A stretch of DNA of 64,000 nt. Source: a virus (lineage: Duplodnaviria; Caudoviricetes). How positions within the stretch are numbered: the first letter of the stretch is position 1; each line of letters begins with the position of its first letter. Under the pieces are notes generated by a model. That model was not told the origin of the DNA. It saw nothing but the letters and a program-made list of their open reading frames with translations, and ran no database searches. The position numbers were made by a program, and so were the translations under genes. Of this stretch, positions 34,162-44,286 are shown one piece after another. The stretch is from IMG/VR virus record IMGVR_UViG_3300009031_000221, positions 256,001-320,000 of that record. One strand, given 5' to 3'.

Positions 34162-35208
34162 ATGAAGAACAACTGCACAGAACATATTTTAAGTCACATG
34201 CCACGGGCTAAACACCGTAGGCACAATCATCCTATCGAGATTGTCAAGCGTTTGGTGGCGGAACAATTCCCGGGATTCTTCCTGAGGGATACGTTCTCTC
34301 CTTTCGTTTCAGTCGTAGATTGTTTCGATCGTCTGCGGATTCCCGCAGACCACCCTTCTCGAAGTATGTCCGATACGTACTACTTCGATGATGAAACTGT
34401 TCTCCGTACACACATGACGGCGCACACTGTTCCGATGGCTGACACTCGTAAAGGGGAGGGTCTAGCATCTTTTCTCACCTGTGGCGAGGTCTACCGTCGG
34501 GACGAGATCGACCGGACACACTATCCTGTGTTCCATCAACTGGATGGCTTCTGCGTCACGCCCAATGCTGCCGAGGATCTCCTAGCACGATTGCTTGGTG
34601 TTGCCAAGGCTTTGTTCCCCAATGTCCCCGTTCGAGTCCTGCACGAAGGGGTAGATGCGGGGATCTACTTCCCGTTCACGACACAATCCATCGAGATTGA
34701 AGTGGAACTCAACGGTCAATGGGTTGAAATCCTGGGGGGTGGTGTCGTTCATCCTGACATCATGAAGGCCATCGGGCGCAAAGGTGAAGAGGCCTGGGCG
34801 TTCGGTATGGGGTTGGAACGAATCGCCATGGCCATCTGGGACATTCCAGATATTCGTCTGTTCTGGTCGATAGACTCGAGGTTCCTTGATCAGTTCAGCT
34901 ACGAATCAAGGGCACCATTCAAGCCGTTCTCGAATCATCCCGTATGCTACAAGGACATTGCCTTCTGGTATGACGGTGAAATCCAGGACAATGACCTGTA
35001 TGAGATTGTTCGGGGTATTGCCCCGGACATCATCGAACAGATCAAGCTGCTGGATACATTCACGCATCCGAAGACAGGGCGGAAGTCCAAGTGCTATCGG
35101 ATGGATTTCCGCGATCTCTACCGGACATTGACCAATATAGAAGTCAATGATATCAATGACAAGATTCGAGAGGCAGCGGCATTGACTTTGAATGTCGAAC
35201 TGCGGTAG
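34162..35208 (+). CDS. pheS: Monomeric (mitochondrial-type) phenylalanyl-tRNA synthetase
   Basis: FD.L.IP.DHPSR..SDTYY, LRTHMTAH, VYRRDEID..HYPVFHQ, YFPFT, EILG.G, AFGMGLER, C-terminal ferredoxin-fold anticodon domain (KD..FW, HPKTG..S.CYR). Confidence 0.92.
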   Translation: MKNNCTEHILSHMPRAKHRRHNHPIEIVKRLVAEQFPGFFLRDTFSPFVSVVDCFDRLRIPADHPSRSMSDTYYFDDETVLRTHMTAHTVPMADTRKGEGLASFLTCGEVYRRDEIDRTHYPVFHQLDGFCVTPNAAEDLLARLLGVAKALFPNVPVRVLHEGVDAGIYFPFTTQSIEIEVELNGQWVEILGGGVVHPDIMKAIGRKGEEAWAFGMGLERIAMAIWDIPDIRLFWSIDSRFLDQFSYESRAPFKPFSNHPVCYKDIAFWYDGEIQDNDLYEIVRGIAPDIIEQIKLLDTFTHPKTGRKSKCYRMDFRDLYRTLTNIEVNDINDKIREAAALTLNVELR

Positions 35209-35215
35209 CCCTTAG

Positions 35216-35243
35216 ACTTACTTCTGCATGATTGAGCGTAGAT
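35216..35243 (+). promoter_or_regulatory. Phage promoter motif
   Basis: ACTTAC-TTCTGCATGATTGAG-CGTAGAT. Confidence 0.8.
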
Positions 35244-35280
35244 GATGTAGGACCTGCAATATGCGGGCGTATAGGAATCT

Positions 35281-35865
35281 ATGACCCAGTTCTCATTCAC
35301 ACTCTCGATCGCATCCCTTGCCCGAACCTTCGCCATCTGGGCGCATGGGGACCAGAAATATGGGGACTTGCCATACGTCCATCACTTGGACGAGGTCGTG
35401 GAGGTTCTCAAGGAGTACGGCTACACGGACGATGATTCGTTGGCGGCGGGCTACCTCCATGATGTGCTGGAGGACAGCAAGATTGCCCGCTACGATGACC
35501 TCGGCTTCGTGTCGCAGGAAGTTCGCTACGCCCTGATGTTTTGCAAGGATGCGGAGGGTCACAACCGCGTCACCCGCAAGGCCGCGACCTATGAGCGATG
35601 CCATCGGGATATCGGGCGGTGGTTGCTGAAGCCCCAGTGCCTGACCTTCGCCCAGGATCCTGATTCCATGGCGTACATCCCCCTTGCCATCCGTACGAAG
35701 GTCGCTGACCGCATCGCCAACGTCCGTAGCAGCAAGGGCACGAAGTCGAGCCTGTTCCACATGTACAAGAAGGAGCGGGACGCATTTCGCTTGGGCTTGT
35801 ACACTCCCGGCGTTTGTGACGCCATGTGGGTCGAATACGATCAACTCCTGGGGGCGCAGGGATGA
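35281..35865 (+). CDS. Second HD-domain alarmone-hydrolase-like protein
   Basis: AH.DQKYG..PY..H..EV, AGYLHDVLED, KVADRIAN. Confidence 0.88.
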   Translation: MTQFSFTLSIASLARTFAIWAHGDQKYGDLPYVHHLDEVVEVLKEYGYTDDDSLAAGYLHDVLEDSKIARYDDLGFVSQEVRYALMFCKDAEGHNRVTRKAATYERCHRDIGRWLLKPQCLTFAQDPDSMAYIPLAIRTKVADRIANVRSSKGTKSSLFHMYKKERDAFRLGLYTPGVCDAMWVEYDQLLGAQG

Positions 35866-36770
35866 ACGGCATTAACCCCAAGGACATCCCGTACCAGTTC
35901 TCCCAGGTAACAGGGGGACATGCGGAACATGTATCCAAAACGGTGGTGAATCCGGAAGCCCGCTTCCGGGCTCATCCCGTTGGGGCTGCCTACATCCACA
36001 GCTACTATGGCCCCTATGGTTCCAATGATCGCGATTCATTCCGATGGGATGACCACTGGAATCATGTTGACCCTAAGATCTTGCTTGCGGTCTTCACCAT
36101 GGAAGAGTGCTGCCGTCTTTGGACGGATTGCATCTTCATGTCCGACATGTCCAAGTACTGCGAAGATGAACACACGCTCCTGTGGAAAATCAACAATATC
36201 CACTGGCAGTTTGGGTGCCAGCGTAGCTGGAATCTCCTTGTGCGGAACTTGGATGCATTGAAGCGGCTGGACTTCGGCGTGCCGGGGTTTGACGTGCGAA
36301 TCACGCATCCGTGCTCCATCAACATGGTAGGCAGGGCTGCACATGGCCCCTACCTGTACTTGGATGGGGCGCTTGGATTGCTGTTGTACTACAAGGGGGA
36401 ACACGTCCTGACGGTTGGTTTCTCGGTGAATACCGATGGGGTCTACATCGCACAAGTACAACTCCGGCAGAAGAAGGGCAACCGTTTCATCTACAAGCTT
36501 CCCGATCATTACATGGACATGGTATTGGACATGTTCAGGCGTGCTTTCCATGAGGATGACCTGTGGCTCGTGGAAGGGAAAAGCGCTGCTGCCGCAGTGG
36601 TGCGATCCTACGGCAACGGCCCGCATAACGTCACGCCAGAAGTCGAACAACGTATCGTATCGTTGTACAATCGCCCGTTGAGTTCATTCAACAGGACAGA
36701 GCCCGCTTATCAGAGTGGGCGTAATTACACCCGGTTAGTCCCGGCCAAGACCCAAGCACTCGCCGCTTAG
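35862..36770 (+). CDS. Hypothetical protein, weak VirK/YbjX-like stretch
   Basis: L.L.YKGEHVLTVGFS...VYIAQVQ; family call weak. Confidence 0.6.
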   Translation: MNGINPKDIPYQFSQVTGGHAEHVSKTVVNPEARFRAHPVGAAYIHSYYGPYGSNDRDSFRWDDHWNHVDPKILLAVFTMEECCRLWTDCIFMSDMSKYCEDEHTLLWKINNIHWQFGCQRSWNLLVRNLDALKRLDFGVPGFDVRITHPCSINMVGRAAHGPYLYLDGALGLLLYYKGEHVLTVGFSVNTDGVYIAQVQLRQKKGNRFIYKLPDHYMDMVLDMFRRAFHEDDLWLVEGKSAAAAVVRSYGNGPHNVTPEVEQRIVSLYNRPLSSFNRTEPAYQSGRNYTRLVPAKTQALAA

Positions 36771-36780
36771 GAGATTCGTC

Positions 36781-37041
36781 ATGATCAGTTCATTGCTGCC
36801 TGTCAAGGCATTCGATCAGTACACCGTTGCCGAACAAGAGTTCATCGATCAGAGGACTCGTCAGTTGACGACCAACTGGGCGGATCAACAAATCCAGTTC
36901 GGAACCATGCCCAAGGATGATGGCAGGGGGTTGGGATTGGTCTACTTCGAGTACGCCAAAGCCAAGAAGTGGCTCAATGCTGACGGCACCAAGTTGACTT
37001 CCGCCGGCCTCATGGTTGCCGCCCGCTTCCTGAAGCGCTAG
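36781..37041 (+). CDS. Hypothetical protein
   Basis: GGAG RBS. Confidence 0.55.
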   Translation: MISSLLPVKAFDQYTVAEQEFIDQRTRQLTTNWADQQIQFGTMPKDDGRGLGLVYFEYAKAKKWLNADGTKLTSAGLMVAARFLKR

Positions 37042-37304
37042 GTCGTAATTCATGGACAAGGTAATCCTCCTCGCCGTTGTGTACCGGGGTCAATCAACAT
37101 TGCAAGCATGAGGAAATTCTCCTGCTTGGAATCATTGAAGGACTATATTGAAACGAATCAAGGGCCCGCATCTTCCACCCTGGTAGCCAGCTTGCATCAT
37201 CGTAGATTAGGCAGCTGGTCGGCTTGGTGGATCGAAGACGGGCACCGGAATATCGAATCCAAGCGTTTGACCCTTGATGAAATGAAGCAAGTCGGCCTTC
37301 GCAG

Positions 37305-38105
37305 CTAGGCTACTTCGACATGTGTTATCCGTACCTTGTGTGGATTGAACATTGCCACTTCGGGCACGTTATCTACAAGACCTGTCCCATAGTAGACAAC
37401 ACAGTCAAACCCCTTCTTCCTAGCAGCCCTTGCCTGTGCCCGGTTCGCAGTGACCAAGGTATTTTCGGCACGGACTGAAACCGTGTATACCTTCGGACGA
37501 TACTTGTCCGCGTCCAAACCTGCTTCTTCAAGTTGATCATACGCCCAATCGGGCATGCCTGTGCTTTGGCTGAACAAAGATAACGCCCCATCATCCTCTA
37601 TGGATGACTTGAGTTTGCTCCCGATGATGAAACGGCAAATGTCGGCAATTGTATTCGGGTCTACCCCGCCAGCTTCCTTCTCGAGGGCTTCTCCGTAATC
37701 GTCCCCTGGGCCAAGTCCGAAGTAATCCCGAGTCCAAATATCCCAAGCATCATCCCCATGCGTGTATAGCTGTTGCATGAAAGCGCCGGCGGCGTGGTTC
37801 TTCCTCTTCAAGTCATCAATGATAGATGGTTCGAACCCGATGTTCCTGTTAGCGTTGGCATACTTTTCGGCTACATGTTTGGAAGGAGTCAAGAATATGC
37901 CGACACCATAGTAGCTGTCCACTAGCTCCTGACGGCTCTTTTGCAAGTCGAATGTCTGAAATGTCTTGGTTGTCCCATGATAGAGGGTCACGTTTTGTGA
38001 TTCTGTCAAGCCTTCAAGGCCCCAATCTTCCAACCTGAATGTCCTAGCAGCGTGGAATGCCGAAGCTATGAATCTGGATGCGACGTTTTGATACGAAGGT
38101 CTCAT
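37305..38105 (-). CDS. ADP-ribosyltransferase-like protein
   Basis: LYHGT..F..FD, G.GIFLT...A..YA, YTVSV, GFDCVV, EVAMF. Confidence 0.7.
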   Translation of the reverse strand: MRPSYQNVASRFIASAFHAARTFRLEDWGLEGLTESQNVTLYHGTTKTFQTFDLQKSRQELVDSYYGVGIFLTPSKHVAEKYANANRNIGFEPSIIDDLKRKNHAAGAFMQQLYTHGDDAWDIWTRDYFGLGPGDDYGEALEKEAGGVDPNTIADICRFIIGSKLKSSIEDDGALSLFSQSTGMPDWAYDQLEEAGLDADKYRPKVYTVSVRAENTLVTANRAQARAARKKGFDCVVYYGTGLVDNVPEVAMFNPHKVRITHVEVA

Positions 38106-38130
38106 ACCTACTCTGGTCTATAGGGTCTCT

Positions 38131-38158
38131 ACTTACTTTTCCCACGGGATGCGTAGCT
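38131..38158 (+). promoter_or_regulatory. Phage promoter motif upstream of rIIA
   Basis: ACTTAC-TTTTCCCACGGGATG-CGTAGCT. Confidence 0.8.
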
Positions 38159-38194
38159 AGGATGTATGACCAATGATCCTAAAGGAAGTGCCGG

Positions 38195-40291
38195 ATGCAA
38201 GTTGCCCTAAGCAATCGTGATGTCAAATCAAGTGGTGTAGAAGCTCGTGGTACCTTTGGCATTAGCCACAAGGCACAAGCCCACATCATGACCATCTTGC
38301 GGGATACATTATATTCCGACAAGGTTTTGGCAGTCCTTCGTGAGTATGCTTCGAATGCCTGGGATGCACACAAGCAGTCCGGTAAGGGCCACATTCCTAT
38401 CGAAGTCATGATGCCTACAGCAATGAGCCCGAACTTGGTCATTCGTGACTTTGGTATGGGCATGTCGGAAGACACGGTATTCAACGTGTTCACGCAATAC
38501 GGAGACAGCACTAAGCGCGAGACGAATGACGCTGTGGGCATGATGGGCATCGGTAGCAAGTCCGGCTTCGCCTACTCCGATTCCTTCACGGTGACCTCGT
38601 GGCATGACGGAACCAAGAAAGTCTACATCGCTGTCCTGGATGATTCCGATGTCGGCGAGATCAACAAGATGCACGAGGAACCCTGCGACTTCGATGAAGT
38701 CGGTGTGGAGATCCAGATCGCCGTCCGCCCGGCGGACATCTATGAGTTTCAACGCAAGGCGATCAAGTTGTTCCCGTACTTCTACCCAACCCCCAAGATC
38801 AACTTGGAGATGCCCAAGTACAACCGGAACGTGACAACCCACGGATTCTTTTCCATCAACCGGGAAGAAGATGGGTGGATTGCCGTTCAGGGGTGCATCC
38901 CTTACCGTATCAATATCGCTCAGGTTCAGCCCGAGTTGGAAGCTGCCGGAATTTGGGACGCCCTGTCCCGTACCACCGGCGGATTGTTCTTCCCTATCGG
39001 CGGCGTTCAGGTCAGCGCTTCCCGTGAGGAACTCAAGTACAGCACTTCAACCAAGAAGGCAATCGTTTCCAAATTCACGGAAATGATTGAGTCCTACATC
39101 GCAGACGTGCTTGAAGTCCTGAACAAGGATGATCTTTCCGATTGGGAAAAGCGGCAGAAGGCTTGCTTCATGGAACATACCATGAAGATCGGTATCCCTG
39201 CCAAGTACAAGGATTGGGCACGCTATCAGGTGAACCTCTGGGGTCAAGGGACGGAGCATAAGGAACCGCAAACATTCATTCTTCTTCGTGGCAACTCCCA
39301 AACTAACAGTATCGGTGTGGATGTTCGGACTCGATTCGTCATCAAGGATGATCCTCGTTCCATGGAAGGGTTTCGGTTGGAACCCTCCGATGTAGTAGTT
39401 CGTTCTTTGCGGGATGCGCCTATTGATGCTGTGGTCGATGAATTGGAAACCTACATCGCTTTGAATCACCTGACGGGCATTCGGATTGCCCGAATCTCGG
39501 ATATGAATTGGAACCAGCCTTACCGATCACAGGCAATGCAAAGGAAGCAACAAGGTCCCGTCAACCAGAAGTACTTGGTCAAGAGCTTCCAGCTAAAGGA
39601 TGACACGCTCAACCGTTCCACGCTGTCTGAAAACTGGGATATTGTAACCCGGGAACCAACGGATGAGGACGTGTTTGTTATCATTGAGGCTTTCAAGGTT
39701 CCGGACGTGTCTGACTTTTACCGGCAAATGGTGAAAGATCGGGAAGCTGCCAAGGCCTTGGGCTTCACCATGCCCACGGTCTACGGCTATAAATCGACGG
39801 AGAAGACCCCCATCAAGGTCAAGGATTGCAAGGGCACGGAATACACGAAGTGGCGTGAGAAGTTCATCATGGACATGATGACTCCGAAGCGGATTGAAGT
39901 CCTTCAGCAACTCCGGTGGTCTACGTTGTTCCACGATATGCACGCCTGGGAGATTGCAGACCGCGGGGATCTTCCTGTGATTACTGCGGATCTGCGGAAG
40001 AACCTGGGAGAGCATCCTGTGACTCTCATGTTCGAGAAGCACGCGAAGTCCAAGGTGCTTCTCGCGGGATTGCCCCACGGCATTTCCACACACCTGTTGC
40101 ATCTGTTGGCAGGCGTGACATTAGAAGTCCCTTTTGACGGGCGTAATGCCTACAAGGCTGTGACAGACAACTATCCCCTCATCGCAGTAAGCGGCGGGGT
40201 TGCCCTCCTCTGCAAGGAACATCGTTTGCACTGGATGAATTACATCAAGCTGGTTGATCAGGTAGCTGCAATCGCTGCCCATAATGTGTAG
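38195..40291 (+). CDS. rIIA: rIIA-like protein (GHKL ATPase N-terminus)
   Basis: LYSDK..AVLREY.SNAWDAH, IRDFG.GM, YG.STK..TN...G.MGIGSKS.FAY. Confidence 0.85.
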   Translation: MQVALSNRDVKSSGVEARGTFGISHKAQAHIMTILRDTLYSDKVLAVLREYASNAWDAHKQSGKGHIPIEVMMPTAMSPNLVIRDFGMGMSEDTVFNVFTQYGDSTKRETNDAVGMMGIGSKSGFAYSDSFTVTSWHDGTKKVYIAVLDDSDVGEINKMHEEPCDFDEVGVEIQIAVRPADIYEFQRKAIKLFPYFYPTPKINLEMPKYNRNVTTHGFFSINREEDGWIAVQGCIPYRINIAQVQPELEAAGIWDALSRTTGGLFFPIGGVQVSASREELKYSTSTKKAIVSKFTEMIESYIADVLEVLNKDDLSDWEKRQKACFMEHTMKIGIPAKYKDWARYQVNLWGQGTEHKEPQTFILLRGNSQTNSIGVDVRTRFVIKDDPRSMEGFRLEPSDVVVRSLRDAPIDAVVDELETYIALNHLTGIRIARISDMNWNQPYRSQAMQRKQQGPVNQKYLVKSFQLKDDTLNRSTLSENWDIVTREPTDEDVFVIIEAFKVPDVSDFYRQMVKDREAAKALGFTMPTVYGYKSTEKTPIKVKDCKGTEYTKWREKFIMDMMTPKRIEVLQQLRWSTLFHDMHAWEIADRGDLPVITADLRKNLGEHPVTLMFEKHAKSKVLLAGLPHGISTHLLHLLAGVTLEVPFDGRNAYKAVTDNYPLIAVSGGVALLCKEHRLHWMNYIKLVDQVAAIAAHNV

Positions 40292-40327
40292 AACATAACG
40301 GACCCCTATTACAACTCAGAGGACACC

Positions 40328-41278
40328 ATGACCAAGATTTCATATACCATCACCAACGAATCCATCAGCGTCTTTTATGAAGGCCAGATGCACACCGTCC
40401 AGAACGGGACGCCCAACTTCAAGGGGCTGCAGCAGGCAATTATCAACGATGACTTCGATAGCATCCCCAAGTTCCTCACGGTTGCCAAGACCGTCGAGTC
40501 ATGGGCTCAGGGAGACTTCAAGGTCGAAGGCGAGAAAGTCCTGTACCAGGGCGAGGAACTCCCAAGCGAACTGAATGCCCGCATCCTTGCAATGGCCGCT
40601 CAGGGTTCCGACCCCAAGGGATTGCTGAAGTTCTGGGAGCGCCTGCAGTTGAACCCCTCCATGCGTTCCGTGGAGCAGCTCTACACGTTCCTCGTTCACG
40701 AGGGTATCCCCATCACCGATGATGGCTACTTCCTCGCCTACAAGGGCGTCCGCCATGACTACAAGGATGTCCACTCTGGCACGATCGACAACTCCCCGGG
40801 ATCTGAGCCCTTCATGGCACGTAACAAGATCAGTGATGATCCCCGCCAGCCTTGTCATCAGGGATTGCACGTTGGCGCCTTGCGTTACGCCAAGAGCTTC
40901 GGCCCTACGGTAGTCATCTGCCAGGTAGACCCGGCAGACGTTGTTTGCGTCCCCTACGATTCCAGCGCGGAAAAGATGCGGGTATGCCGGTACAAGGTCA
41001 TCGGAAACTACGGTTCCAAGCTGGATAACGTATCCATCGACGCGGCGGACTTGCCTCAGGTTGACGCCAAGACGCCCAAGGCTTCCAAGGCTGCCAAGGG
41101 AAAGCCTGTCAGCACCTCGAAGTTCGCCATCATGTCGGAAGCGGATCTCATGGAGCAGCACCTTGATGCACTCCGTAGCTACGCTGCCAATGAACTCAAG
41201 ATCGTGGGCGCATCGAAGATCCCCGGTGGCCGGTTGATGCTGGTCAAGCGGATCATCGAAGTTCGCGGCGAGGCGTAA
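40328..41278 (+). CDS. rIIB: rIIB-like protein
   Basis: NPS.RSVEQLY.F, ITDDG.FLAYK.V, C..GLH, V.P.DVV.VP.D....K.RVC.Y; follows rIIA. Confidence 0.88.
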   Translation: MTKISYTITNESISVFYEGQMHTVQNGTPNFKGLQQAIINDDFDSIPKFLTVAKTVESWAQGDFKVEGEKVLYQGEELPSELNARILAMAAQGSDPKGLLKFWERLQLNPSMRSVEQLYTFLVHEGIPITDDGYFLAYKGVRHDYKDVHSGTIDNSPGSEPFMARNKISDDPRQPCHQGLHVGALRYAKSFGPTVVICQVDPADVVCVPYDSSAEKMRVCRYKVIGNYGSKLDNVSIDAADLPQVDAKTPKASKAAKGKPVSTSKFAIMSEADLMEQHLDALRSYAANELKIVGASKIPGGRLMLVKRIIEVRGEA

Positions 41279-41281
41279 GTC

Positions 41282-41608
41282 ATGGCATCTAAATGGGACG
41301 GCAAAATTCCATTTGATGCAAATGGACGCCTATTGCCATACATTGACATGTACCATTGCAAAAACAACCTTGTGACTTGGAAAGACAACTTCAAGTTTGG
41401 TGCCGCTCTGCATGTGTCACATGCTTCAAGGGGTATGTATGCTGTCAATATCATCATGAAGGATGATGCAGACATACCGTATCCTTTGTCCCTTGCGGAT
41501 TTCATGAAGGTGGTGCCCAAGATGACGTTAGGGCGCATTGTAGCTCAGTGGACGTACGCCAAACGGGGTCAAAACTTCTTCTGCACTCCCGTCGAAGGAA
41601 CCTACTAA
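41282..41608 (+). CDS. Hypothetical protein
   Basis: ORF in operon. Confidence 0.6.
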   Translation: MASKWDGKIPFDANGRLLPYIDMYHCKNNLVTWKDNFKFGAALHVSHASRGMYAVNIIMKDDADIPYPLSLADFMKVVPKMTLGRIVAQWTYAKRGQNFFCTPVEGTY

Positions 41609-41610
41609 CC

Positions 41611-41913
41611 ATGCCATGCTGCGAATTTGCCCCCGAGAAGGATGATCTCCCAGGATTGATCCGGCATATGAAGGGTTCGCACCCGGAAATGACCGAAGAA
41701 ATCCAGACTTTGTCCGAAGAAATGGCTGGTTACGTGCGGGAAAGGTGGAAGGATACCTTTGGAGGCCCCCTGCAAGTCGACTTCGTGTGCATGAACCCTG
41801 CGAAGATGGAACTTCTCATGGCCACGATGGAGATCAGCGACCTTGTGCCCATGAGCTACGGTATGATGCCCGCTATTGGCCCGAATCGTTTCCGAGTTAT
41901 GATCGAGATCTAA
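41611..41913 (+). CDS. Hypothetical protein
   Basis: ORF in operon. Confidence 0.55.
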   Translation: MPCCEFAPEKDDLPGLIRHMKGSHPEMTEEIQTLSEEMAGYVRERWKDTFGGPLQVDFVCMNPAKMELLMATMEISDLVPMSYGMMPAIGPNRFRVMIEI

Positions 41914-41924
41914 AGGAATAATTC

Positions 41925-42617
41925 ATGAAGGCATATTGGTTCAGCAGTAATGGGGAAGCGAAGTATGGCACCGTGAAGGACTACCTTATAGGCCAAACCT
42001 ACAAGGTAGAAGGGGAAATCAAGCCTTGTTCCCACGGGCTTCATGCCTCCGTATATCCCTTCGATGCCTTGGGATATGCAGGACGTGGGCGTACATTGGA
42101 TATCGTGGAGCTTGGCGGAACCGTTGTCTCGGGGAACCCAGACAAACATGCCGCAAGTGAACGTACACATGTTCAACGTATTGATGCTACTGATATGCTC
42201 CAGGAGTTCGCCCGGTGGTGTGCATTGAGTGTGGCTTACCAATGGCCCGAAATGCCTGCAATCATCCGGCAATACCTTGAAACCGGAGATCGGGAGCTTC
42301 GTAATGAAGCTGCCACTTGTCACAATACCATTATGGATTCATGTGATTACGGCACGCAATCGTCATTGCGGGCTTCTGATGCCACCTACTACGCCTTCTA
42401 TGATATCGGTCTGGCGGCTCTTGGGGCGGAATATGCAGCCCAATCTGCCTTTGACGGGGAGGTTGAGTTCTACAGGAATGCACACGACGTAGATGATCCC
42501 GATTATGACTCCAATTTCCGGGACAAGATCCGGCAAAAGCAAAGGGACAAGTTTCAGGAACTCGCGGACAAGTACTTCGCACAGGCATTGACATATGCAA
42601 ACCCCGATCAAGTGTAA
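41925..42617 (+). CDS. MKAYWFS paralogue 1
   Basis: PCSHGLHAS, RIDAT...EFARWCAL, YLETGD shared with ORFs at 53347 and 54018. Confidence 0.8.
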   Translation: MKAYWFSSNGEAKYGTVKDYLIGQTYKVEGEIKPCSHGLHASVYPFDALGYAGRGRTLDIVELGGTVVSGNPDKHAASERTHVQRIDATDMLQEFARWCALSVAYQWPEMPAIIRQYLETGDRELRNEAATCHNTIMDSCDYGTQSSLRASDATYYAFYDIGLAALGAEYAAQSAFDGEVEFYRNAHDVDDPDYDSNFRDKIRQKQRDKFQELADKYFAQALTYANPDQV

Positions 42618-42917
42618 TGAATGCCAACAGATCCTGTTGTCCGTATGGCCTCTAGGGGATCCACGGGGGATCATATCTATGACCGGGTTCCAAGAGGATA
42701 ACGGCCCGCATGACCCAAATGTCCGCCAGGCACCAAATGTCCCTGGGCCTATCCGTTCCACAGCAATTCATGTTTTCGGTCATGAAGATTACGTTAGGAT
42801 CCTCGTCCGATGCGACAAATGCAGGTACGGTGAAGGCAGCCTAGACATCCCACGCCCAATTCGGGCAAAAACCAGTCCAAAGAGGCCCATTTGGGCATTT
42901 TGGCGCAAGGATCCCAA

Positions 42918-43259
42918 ATGATGATCGTTGACTTGACCAAATACCTCGAGGAAGCCATCCAAGGTGGCATCCGTACCGCCAAAATGGCAGAAGTTGCGGC
43001 AAATGATGCCGTTGCTTCCGCAGGAATCGACCCGGAAGCCCTTGTACACGCCGCCCAGGCTGCACAAGCCGCTACCGGGGCGCATGCCATCGTAGCGAAC
43101 ATGATCGCATCCATCCTGCCCTCACCGGATGAGGGCGGGGATTGCCTGGATTGCGACTGCGATGACTGCAATGACCATGACAAGTGTCCTGGAGATGACT
43201 GTGAAGGGTGCTGTGGATGCGACTCCGATTGCCCATGCGGCGGAAGGACGATCAACTAA
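42918..43259 (+). CDS. Ala-rich helical protein with Cys/Asp-rich tail
   Basis: 11 Cys within 33 C-terminal residues. Confidence 0.6.
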   Translation: MMIVDLTKYLEEAIQGGIRTAKMAEVAANDAVASAGIDPEALVHAAQAAQAATGAHAIVANMIASILPSPDEGGDCLDCDCDDCNDHDKCPGDDCEGCCGCDSDCPCGGRTIN

Positions 43260-43261
43260 CC

Positions 43262-43429
43262 ATGTATGAATACAAAGTCGTTGAATGTACGGGAGCGGGA
43301 AACGTGGCATCTGCATTGAATGCCCATGCCCTATTGGGTTGGCGTCTTGTCAGCACTTATCAGCCTGAACATCGGGAATCTGGCGGCGCCATCCCAGTGT
43401 GTCTCATTTTGGAACGCCCGAAGGTCTAG
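43262..43429 (+). CDS. DUF4177-like small protein
   Basis: YEYKVV, LN..A..GWRLVS. Confidence 0.65.
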   Translation: MYEYKVVECTGAGNVASALNAHALLGWRLVSTYQPEHRESGGAIPVCLILERPKV

Positions 43430-43432
43430 TAC

Positions 43433-44002
43433 ATGACAACCTACATTTCTATCGACATCGAGGCAGACGGACCCATCCCGGGCTCCTATTCGATGATGTC
43501 CCTCGGGGCTGCAGCATTCCAACTGGACAACAATGATCCAGGTTGGAAGATGATTGCCACATTCAAGCACAACCTCCTTCCTCTGCCCTCGGCGCAACGA
43601 GATCCGGACACCATGAAATGGTGGGGTAAACAAGGCCCCGCTTGGGAACGGGCTACCGTTGGGGCTATCGATCCCGGCCAAGCCATGAATGAATTCGTAG
43701 CTTGGTGCAAAGCGCTCCCAGGGCCACTAGTCCTTGCAGGCTATCCCATTACCTACGATTTCCAGTTCGTCTACTGGTACACCGTCATGTTCACCGGATA
43801 CCCGACACCATTCGGATTCCAAGGGCTAGACATCAAGACCTTGGCCTTTGACCGCATGGGATGCTCCTTCAAGGATGCCGCAAAACGAAACATGCCCAAG
43901 CGCTGGTTCCGTAATGCTCCCCCGCATACGCATGATGCTCTGGATGATGCTATCGGCCAGGGCATCCTTCTCATGAACATTCTCAATGATGAGGCACCAT
44001 GA
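43433..44002 (+). CDS. DEDDh 3'-5' exonuclease (Rv2179c-like)
   Basis: SIDIEADGP, YDFQFV, HTHDALDDA. Confidence 0.85.
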   Translation: MTTYISIDIEADGPIPGSYSMMSLGAAAFQLDNNDPGWKMIATFKHNLLPLPSAQRDPDTMKWWGKQGPAWERATVGAIDPGQAMNEFVAWCKALPGPLVLAGYPITYDFQFVYWYTVMFTGYPTPFGFQGLDIKTLAFDRMGCSFKDAAKRNMPKRWFRNAPPHTHDALDDAIGQGILLMNILNDEAP

Positions 44003-44286
44003 ATCCAGTTTGCGAAACTTGTAGCGGAAGATGCTGCACATTCAAGGAATTCGGCATTTGGCAGGATGTTTTCCACGGCAATATGAGGGCCAATCACCAT
44101 GATTGCCCCGATTGCAAGGATGGCACCAAGCCGAACCTCACCAAGAAGGGGCAACCCCGGAAACGGGTAGCCAAACTTGCAGTATTGACGCCGGAACAAG
44201 CTGCGGCTGAGAAGAAGGCCTTCTTTGAGCAATACCCCAAGGTCAAAGAGTACTTCGTGCAACACGTAGATCCCGACGCACAATGA
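43999..44286 (+). CDS. Hypothetical protein (CxxC motifs)
   Basis: ATGA-coupled ORF. Confidence 0.55.
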   Translation: MNPVCETCSGRCCTFKEFGIWQDVFHGNMRANHHDCPDCKDGTKPNLTKKGQPRKRVAKLAVLTPEQAAAEKKAFFEQYPKVKEYFVQHVDPDAQ

